A stretch of 64,000 nucleotides of DNA. It comes from Oceanispirochaeta sp. GTDB lineage: Bacteria > Spirochaetota > Spirochaetia > DSM-2461. Shown here in pieces: positions 57,856-64,000 of the stretch. Numbering within the stretch: position 1 is the first letter of the stretch; the number at the start of each line of letters is the position of its first letter. Where the stretch lies: positions 2,496,001 through 2,560,000 of the forward strand of contig CAXXOA010000001.1 of NCBI GenBank assembly GCA_963666275.2, in the 5' to 3' direction. The notes beneath the pieces were generated by a model. The model did no database searches. It had not been told where the DNA came from and saw only the letters and a list, made by a program, of their open reading frames with translations. The translations under genes and the position numbers were made by a program.

Positions 57856-59358
57856 TTAAAGGACAACCCAATGTCCTCCCCTATCCGGGCCGACACGTTT
57901 GATCAGCCCCTTCTTTTTTAGATTATTCAGATGATATTTCACACCGTCTTCCGTTATGGAACCAAGGAGAACAGCTATTTCTTTTCTACTGACGGTGGGT
58001 TTTTCTTTTAAAATATCCAGGATTTTCTGGGTAGTGTCTTTCTGGGTAGTGTCTTTCTGGGTAGTGTCTTTCTGGGTAGTGTCTTTCTGGGTAGTGTCTT
58101 TCTGGGTAGTGTCTTTCTGGGTAGTGTCTTTCTGGGTAGTGTCTTTCTGGGTAGTCTTCTTAGGCTCTTTTATTCCGCTTACTTCAGATGGTTTGAAACA
58201 GATTTCCGATTTGAAGATATCCTCCTCAACCAATCGTGGCGGTGTGGAAGAGTAGAACTTGCCGTATTTCACAATATTGCGAACGCCTGATCCGAGTTCT
58301 TCTGCCAGGCCGATTTCTTTGAATACCCGTGCGATAGAGGGATTCTTTGGAAAAGGAGAAAAATTCTCCGGATCTATTAAGCCATGACCATGGGGTTTGT
58401 TTCCGTTTTCAGTCAACAACCGGTCTTTTTCAATGATCATTTTGGCGGGATAGGCATTGATGTATTCCCTGTGAATCAGAAGATTAACGGCAACCTCCCG
58501 TAATATGACATCTCTAACGCTTATTCTTTGAGATCCTTCAAGATAGAATGGGTCGGGAAGGTGTTTCTGCCCGAATTGGATGATCCGGTCGTAACTATCC
58601 AGCAGGTTCGTCCGCACATCATCCCTATCATCATAGCGGTCTAAATTTTTAATCCTTAATATCAGATCAGTTTTATGATGCGGAAGGGCTGATAATATGG
58701 TCTCATCTTTTCCGAATAGGAGGATTCCGGCTAAGGTAATCCCCTCTTCCCCTGAGTTAAAATCTCTGTTGTATAACCGGGAGCTTTTTAGAAGCTCCAG
58801 AGGTGATAGATTTTTCCAGGGATGGTCGGGACGTTGAATTATTACAGATTTTTGCACCTTCTGAATCAAAGTTAAATCCAGGTCGCTGATTTCACAATAC
58901 GGAAAAATCCGATTTTCCGTATAGAAGGTCTGCTTTTTTATATATAAGGCTGTAACCAGGGTGTTGTTGCGGGTTATGTCAAAATCGCCGTCTTCATTCC
59001 GGTCGAAAATTTTCTGACCGCATTTATGAACCTGGGAGCTTTCGGGTATGTATATGTACAGTAATAATTTGCCATCAATTTCCACTTGTTCCATGGATAG
59101 ATAAACAGAAGGGGATATTTTAGCCGGGTTGTTTACGGCTGTGGTAAAGTCTTTTTTTATCTGCTCGATACAACCGGGGTCTATTCCGGTGATGGTTCCG
59201 TTGTCCTTAACGCCGAGAAGGAGTTCTCCACCATTTCTGTTGAGAAAAGAGCATACGGTTTCGTAGACGTCTTTGTTGAGGGTTGTGCGGCTTTCTTTGA
59301 ATTCTCTGGTGATGCTTTCGCCGGCGGTTATGGCGGTTTTGATTTTATTTATGATCAT
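57856..59358 (-). CDS. AlbA_2/Schlafen domain + HATPase_c_4 + wHTH protein (RecG-C-like putative regulator/nuclease)
   Basis: GESITREFK, SFLNRNGGELLLGVKDNG, REVAVNLLIHREY, PKNPSIARVF, ELGSGV, C-terminal wHTH GGHWVV. Confidence 0.85.
   Translation of the reverse strand: MIINKIKTAITAGESITREFKESRTTLNKDVYETVCSFLNRNGGELLLGVKDNGTITGIDPGCIEQIKKDFTTAVNNPAKISPSVYLSMEQVEIDGKLLLYIYIPESSQVHKCGQKIFDRNEDGDFDITRNNTLVTALYIKKQTFYTENRIFPYCEISDLDLTLIQKVQKSVIIQRPDHPWKNLSPLELLKSSRLYNRDFNSGEEGITLAGILLFGKDETILSALPHHKTDLILRIKNLDRYDDRDDVRTNLLDSYDRIIQFGQKHLPDPFYLEGSQRISVRDVILREVAVNLLIHREYINAYPAKMIIEKDRLLTENGNKPHGHGLIDPENFSPFPKNPSIARVFKEIGLAEELGSGVRNIVKYGKFYSSTPPRLVEEDIFKSEICFKPSEVSGIKEPKKTTQKDTTQKDTTQKDTTQKDTTQKDTTQKDTTQKDTTQKDTTQKILDILKEKPTVSRKEIAVLLGSITEDGVKYHLNNLKKKGLIKRVGPDRGGHWVVL
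58024..58155. repeat. Perfect 15-bp tandem repeat (TTTCTGGGTAGTGTC x8 plus a 12-bp partial), coding KDTTQ
   Basis: Directly visible; in frame within 57856..59358. Confidence 0.97.
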
Positions 59359-61409
59359 GCGGGCCCTTCTCCTCTATTGAGCCATTTATTACATGTTTTT
59401 TCATATGGGATTTTCATATCAGAAAGCCATCGTTCAACATATTTCGGATCATGGCTGTTGGGCGTGGGATTTACATGATCAATATGCACTTGAATAGGCG
59501 TTCTAACACAATCTCCGGTAATAATGGCATTCTGTTGCGGAATGATCGCCAGCTGATCAAGGATGTCCGCACTGGCGCTTGAAACCAAACCTTTCACATA
59601 TTTTTGATCATCAGGGTTTTGTAATCTGTGTATTATAAATGAATTACATTGGGATAAAACCGTTTTTGACAATTCCGAAGGACGCTGACTGCAAACAATA
59701 AGAGAAATCCCATATTTACGACCTTCCCTGGCAATTCTTTCGAAAACTTTTTTCGCTACAGATTCAGAGTTTTCGGCAATATAATTCTGAGCTTCTTCCA
59801 GTACTATAACAATGGGATATTGACCCCTCTCTTCCTGCATAAAATGAGAGACAAATTCAATGATGATTCTGCCGATTAATGCTGTAACAGTTTCCAATAC
59901 TTCATAGGGCAATTCCGATACATCTATGATTGAAATCTGATGAGTTCTCCCTTTATCATGAACTATTTCATTTTCATTATAGTCTTTTATGAAACTGTTT
60001 TTAGATTCTGATTTAAAAAGCCGGTTAAAATCTCCCAATAGGAAAGCAATAAAATGAGCCAAAATATCTTTATTATTAGCATTGTTATCTTTCAACATCA
60101 AAGGAATCGCCATCCGTTTGTCATTGAGAAAACTGTTCATCCTCAAACGTAATGTAGAAAGAAATTCAGAAATACGATTATTACTCCTTCCCTCTTGCTC
60201 AATTGCAGCTTCAATAAACTTGGTACATAATTCCTGATAGCTAAACCACAATGGCAAATCAATATTTTGTTCACTCGCGATTTGTTCCTGTTCAATTTTC
60301 ACCTGGTTTTTCTTAATAAAACTGATCATAGCAGTTATTTGCTCAGGAGTAGGACAAGGTGCATTTCTTACAAAACTTAAATTTTGTATCGTTTCAGGTA
60401 ACTTATGTTTGAAAGAATTATATGAATTTGCTAATGACTGTGCTTTCCACCAATCGCCAGATCTCGCAATTGTTGATAATGTATTTAGATGCTCTAATTC
60501 TAATATATCCAATTCAGGATCTTCAGTTGTTGAATCTTCATGTTGATAATTTTTTGCTAAACCTATGGCTCTATTCAAAACAGGAGCTTGGGTTCCTTCA
60601 CTAGGATGAAGAAGATGAGAAAAGTCATTCCAGTTCATAAACCAATAGGGTATCTTGACCTCTTCATCCCCTCCATAATAATAGGCATTTATTTGTTGTA
60701 GTTCTTCCTTATTATTGGGATTAAGACTCTCAATATTCTCAGGTAAAAAAGCTTCTTTATATTCACCATTAGTATCAAAAATGACAAAGTGTGCATTCTG
60801 GAGTTGTTTATCCCCATATGGATACCTAAAGAGGTTCCGAATGATGGATGTGAATGTACAGGATTTCCCGGAACCGGTATTGCCGAGTATAGCGGCATGT
60901 TTTACAAAAAATTGGTCGGGACAGATTTTCACTTTGTAATTTGAAAAAATAGGTGACGTCCCTACAGGAAGGAAATAATCCTTTTGATAATCAATATTTT
61001 CTGTATCAACCTTATCATCGAAGATTAGTTTCAGATCCTTTTCTGTTACATACCAGACAGGGTTATCCAAAGCGGGAAAGTTATAGACACCTTGAATAAA
61101 CTTTTCCTGACTGGAATCTTTTGTAATTGTTCCCAGCATGGTGGCAGAAATATAACGGGCAGAACTGGGCAAGGTAATACTTGAAGATTTGGTTTCAAAC
61201 TCCAGTTCCTCTTTCATAGTGATCCTGGTTATTAGAGCGACGACCCGGTCTGCCCCTACTGGAATTATCAAATAGGAATTGATTCTGGCTATTTCATAAA
61301 TATCATGTATTCCGTTGGTATAGGGGCCATTATGTTCATCATCAATTTTTATATACACCCGGAAATTATCAACCGACAGGACTTTTCCAATGACTCTATT
61401 GTTTGTCAT
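59355..61409 (-). CDS. herA: HerA/DUF87 ATPase (Sir2-HerA defence system)
   Basis: N-terminal HAS barrel (IGKVLSV), HAAILGNTGSGKS, LEEAQNY, IAREGRKYG, SQRPSELS; start MTNNR at 61409. Confidence 0.9.
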   Translation of the reverse strand: MTNNRVIGKVLSVDNFRVYIKIDDEHNGPYTNGIHDIYEIARINSYLIIPVGADRVVALITRITMKEELEFETKSSSITLPSSARYISATMLGTITKDSSQEKFIQGVYNFPALDNPVWYVTEKDLKLIFDDKVDTENIDYQKDYFLPVGTSPIFSNYKVKICPDQFFVKHAAILGNTGSGKSCTFTSIIRNLFRYPYGDKQLQNAHFVIFDTNGEYKEAFLPENIESLNPNNKEELQQINAYYYGGDEEVKIPYWFMNWNDFSHLLHPSEGTQAPVLNRAIGLAKNYQHEDSTTEDPELDILELEHLNTLSTIARSGDWWKAQSLANSYNSFKHKLPETIQNLSFVRNAPCPTPEQITAMISFIKKNQVKIEQEQIASEQNIDLPLWFSYQELCTKFIEAAIEQEGRSNNRISEFLSTLRLRMNSFLNDKRMAIPLMLKDNNANNKDILAHFIAFLLGDFNRLFKSESKNSFIKDYNENEIVHDKGRTHQISIIDVSELPYEVLETVTALIGRIIIEFVSHFMQEERGQYPIVIVLEEAQNYIAENSESVAKKVFERIAREGRKYGISLIVCSQRPSELSKTVLSQCNSFIIHRLQNPDDQKYVKGLVSSASADILDQLAIIPQQNAIITGDCVRTPIQVHIDHVNPTPNSHDPKYVERWLSDMKIPYEKTCNKWLNRGEGPA

Positions 61410-62565
61410 CAGTTTTTCCTTTTCCGTCTGGATAGAGTTTCTGAAGAGTTTCATGAACCATTTGATTCTCTTCCTCTTCATAAAGATCAGGAAGAATATT
61501 TTCTACAAAACTGGTAAATGTTGATTTATTCAGGTCATCCTGATCAAGAATTATGATCCTTTTATCATCTAATGCTCGGAATTTCTCAATTTGAGATTCG
61601 GGATCTATTGTTTCCGCATAATTCACTATAATAAGAGTAAATGATGGAATAGAGAGGGCCTGGTTAATAATATCGTTGATATGCTCATCATAAAAAGAGT
61701 AACCAATACACAACAGAACCGATTGGGGTTTGTTTATTGCCTGGGCAAATTGCCGAAACAGTTCAGAATAGGGTAAATCCAAAGTAAATGTTTTTTTACT
61801 GACACAGGGATAAATCATCAGTTCTTTATTTTCAGGAATCTTAAAGTCCTCATTCAGAGGAATCTCTTTAATGCCATATGTATTACTTATGGAAGGAGTT
61901 GTTGAGAGCCAGGACAGGGAACCGTGCAGTTTGTAATATCTTAGAACTTTTTCCGCTCTGTACACCTTCCCGGAGACGCTTTGTCCCGGATAGTACAAAT
62001 CATAATCATACACTTCCGGTCGGAAACAGCGGTTGTGAACACCCATAAACCCATTTATGTAGTGGACTCCTAAATTATCCAGAGCATAATCGAAGGCCAT
62101 GTCATAGTTTGTTGTAAACAGATTTACCCTGCTGAGATTATTCGGCCTCTGCAGCAGCTTTTTAATAAGCATTTCATGATAATGATAGCGGTTTTGCTGC
62201 AATTTTTGATTGGCCTGATAGGATTCATTAATTGTTGTTTTTTCCGTATTGCATTTCTCAAATAACCAGGTTTGCATTTTGGTAATGGAATCATCAATAT
62301 CTTTTGTAGAATCCCCTTTGTTCTCGTTGATAAATCGATCAGCTTGGAGACAGTTGAATAGATCTTCAAAGGAGGGAGTCAATTCTTCCGGGAAATAGCG
62401 ATTTATTTCTTCTATTAAATCATTTTTTAAATCGTCAGGTATTGTGCGGATAACAGGAGCTCCTAGATGAAAACTTGTTCCGGCTCCTGTTAGTATATTT
62501 ACATTTTCAAGGTTAAGGTATTTCTTAATCCGTAATTTCAATTCCGCCAATTCCCGGTCTTCCAT
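61396..62565 (-). CDS. SIR2_2 family NADase (Sir2-HerA defence system)
   Basis: LTGAGTS, FTTNYD, KLHGSLSW, IGYSFYDEHIN; overlaps the herA start. Confidence 0.9.
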   Translation of the reverse strand: MEDRELAELKLRIKKYLNLENVNILTGAGTSFHLGAPVIRTIPDDLKNDLIEEINRYFPEELTPSFEDLFNCLQADRFINENKGDSTKDIDDSITKMQTWLFEKCNTEKTTINESYQANQKLQQNRYHYHEMLIKKLLQRPNNLSRVNLFTTNYDMAFDYALDNLGVHYINGFMGVHNRCFRPEVYDYDLYYPGQSVSGKVYRAEKVLRYYKLHGSLSWLSTTPSISNTYGIKEIPLNEDFKIPENKELMIYPCVSKKTFTLDLPYSELFRQFAQAINKPQSVLLCIGYSFYDEHINDIINQALSIPSFTLIIVNYAETIDPESQIEKFRALDDKRIIILDQDDLNKSTFTSFVENILPDLYEEEENQMVHETLQKLYPDGKGKTDDKQ

Positions 62566-63758
62566 CACAACTCTCCGTGAAAAGCTTTTTGTAGAATGGA
62601 GTTTTTTAGATTTTCCAAACTGTCTATTTTTTTCTGATATTTCGATATTAATATCTTCTGCTTATTCTTTAACTCTTTAATATCTTTAGCGATTATCTCC
62701 TGTTCTCTAAGTGATGGGAAATTAATAATATACTCTTTTAATTTTGAAGCACTGATATTAGCTTGGTTTACACTTGAAGACATTACTGAATACCCATAAT
62801 CTCTAATCTTTTGAGAATTAAGAAAATAGTTCAAAAAATAACCGTTTAAGATATTTCTTTTATATTTTACATTGATTAAATATCCAGCATAAATAGCTGG
62901 TTTAAATCCTTTATATATAGCAGTTTTCCCAACTAACTCAGGACTATTAGTGCGATTAAATAGGACATCATCTTTTTCCAGTTTGAATTTATCAATTTCA
63001 TTTATATTATTAGTATACTTTAAGTCTACCCATTCAATCTGGCAATCCTGTATGTTTCCCATTCTTAAGACAGCCACTTCACCAGAAGTTTCCGATTTGG
63101 ATGAAGTTCCATATTGCATTTTTTCACAAACCTCCCCCAACCTCTTCTCTTCCCACCCCTCACCTTTCTGCGAAAAGATCTCATTCAACTTACTCTGAAA
63201 CAACTCTTTGGCGTTTTCAATATTCCGTTCAATATTGGCTTTAGCCCGGTCTATAGCAGCAAAGGCTTTATCAAGTTTGGCAACAATTTGTTTTTGTTCT
63301 GAAATGGGAGGAATAAAAATAGGAATTTTTCTTAATAATTTTGATTTTATCCCAATAACTGTTGCGCCTGTTCCATTCGATAGAATTCTAGTTCTTACTT
63401 CTGGTGATAGAAGCATGTATTTAAGAAAATCTTGGCTTATCTTTCCACTATCAGGTTGCATAACAATGATTCTCTGGGCGAATGCAACTTTCTCTTCATT
63501 AGGTATCTGTGCAACATTTGCTAATGGAGCTTCTGTTGTAAAAATAACATCCCCCTTATTTGGAATACCTCGTGACATCCAGGTTTCATAATTATCTTCA
63601 GCAATAAATTCTTGGGGTTCGATTTCTAAATATCCCAATTTCACATTCTTTGCCGTGATCAGTCTTACTCCTGAGGCTGTCTTTTCAGGAGTTCGACCTC
63701 GATAATCTATTAGATTTATATATCTCTCTAATTCAACTTCTTCCCACCCTTCTCTCAT
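62565..63758 (-). CDS. hsdS: Type I R-M specificity subunit
   Basis: Two TRDs with conserved PPISEQKQIVAKLD and PSLREQEII...LKNSILQKAFHGEL. Confidence 0.93.
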   Translation of the reverse strand: MREGWEEVELERYINLIDYRGRTPEKTASGVRLITAKNVKLGYLEIEPQEFIAEDNYETWMSRGIPNKGDVIFTTEAPLANVAQIPNEEKVAFAQRIIVMQPDSGKISQDFLKYMLLSPEVRTRILSNGTGATVIGIKSKLLRKIPIFIPPISEQKQIVAKLDKAFAAIDRAKANIERNIENAKELFQSKLNEIFSQKGEGWEEKRLGEVCEKMQYGTSSKSETSGEVAVLRMGNIQDCQIEWVDLKYTNNINEIDKFKLEKDDVLFNRTNSPELVGKTAIYKGFKPAIYAGYLINVKYKRNILNGYFLNYFLNSQKIRDYGYSVMSSSVNQANISASKLKEYIINFPSLREQEIIAKDIKELKNKQKILISKYQKKIDSLENLKNSILQKAFHGEL

Positions 63759-64000
63759 ATCAACTCCCGAATAGAATCAATAATCGAAGCAGTTTCAGCA
63801 TCCAAAGCCGCCATCTCATCCAAAATCTCTTTCGGAGACCGTAAAGGCTCCTCTTCCGGAGTATTAGGATTCTTCACAGAAAGATCACACGTAGCCTCAT
63901 CCACATCAGCCACTTTTAGATTCCAGCTCTTCTCCGTTTCCGGTTTGGAAGCCTGCAGCTGAACAAACTCTTCCATATCCTGATCATTCAAAGGATTGGT
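63755..64000 (-). CDS. hsdM: Type I R-M methyltransferase, C-terminal part (partial)
   Basis: TNPLNDQD...DLSVKNPN...LRSPKEIL tail typical of EcoAI-type HsdM; ATGA-coupled to hsdS. Confidence 0.85.
   Translation of the reverse strand, partial: TNPLNDQDMEEFVQLQASKPETEKSWNLKVADVDEATCDLSVKNPNTPEEEPLRSPKEILDEMAALDAETASIIDSIRELI

Noticed and set aside
58024..58155. Tandem repeat as a CRISPR array
   Set aside because: Units are contiguous with no spacers, lie in frame in a CDS, and no cas genes are present.

Overview
Bacterial chromosome segment, most likely from a free-living spirochaete (Spirochaetaceae-like; inferred from the dual-cNMP/TPR protein, the cysS-murB-ECF sigma-anti-sigma neighbourhood and lipoprotein signal styles). 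1-25 kb is mostly housekeeping: ettA, NhaC transporter, glyA, an ECF/anti-sigma operon, cysS, murB, mgtE, a SET-aminotransferase-HDAC-FGGY run, an MCP and ybaK. 25-36 kb is a hemerythrin/c-di-GMP cluster. 36-53 kb holds an RNHCP-rsgA operon, a short leuA, a second ECF pair, ttcA, flavin reductase loci and a sigma54-driven tungsten-type aldehyde:ferredoxin oxidoreductase cluster. From about 52 kb the DNA becomes AT-richer and forms a defence island: Rpn nuclease, decayed toxin-antitoxin remnants, XRE-ImmA/IrrE, and a type I R-M operon with Sir2-HerA and an AlbA/Schlafen-ATPase gene nested between hsdS and hsdR. Best leads, all missed by the ORF track: (1) a 16-codon leader peptide (MSIFVS..., resembling ErmCL SIFV) with alternative RNA pairings over the RBS of the RNHCP-RsgA operon, a candidate antibiotic/ribosome-stalling-inducible system; (2) a Leu-codon attenuator controlling a regulatory-domain-less LeuA; (3) an in-frame internal start in rpn (gene-within-gene antitoxin). 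No rRNA, tRNA, CRISPR array or integrase was seen. All family calls come from motif recognition by eye, not from database searches.
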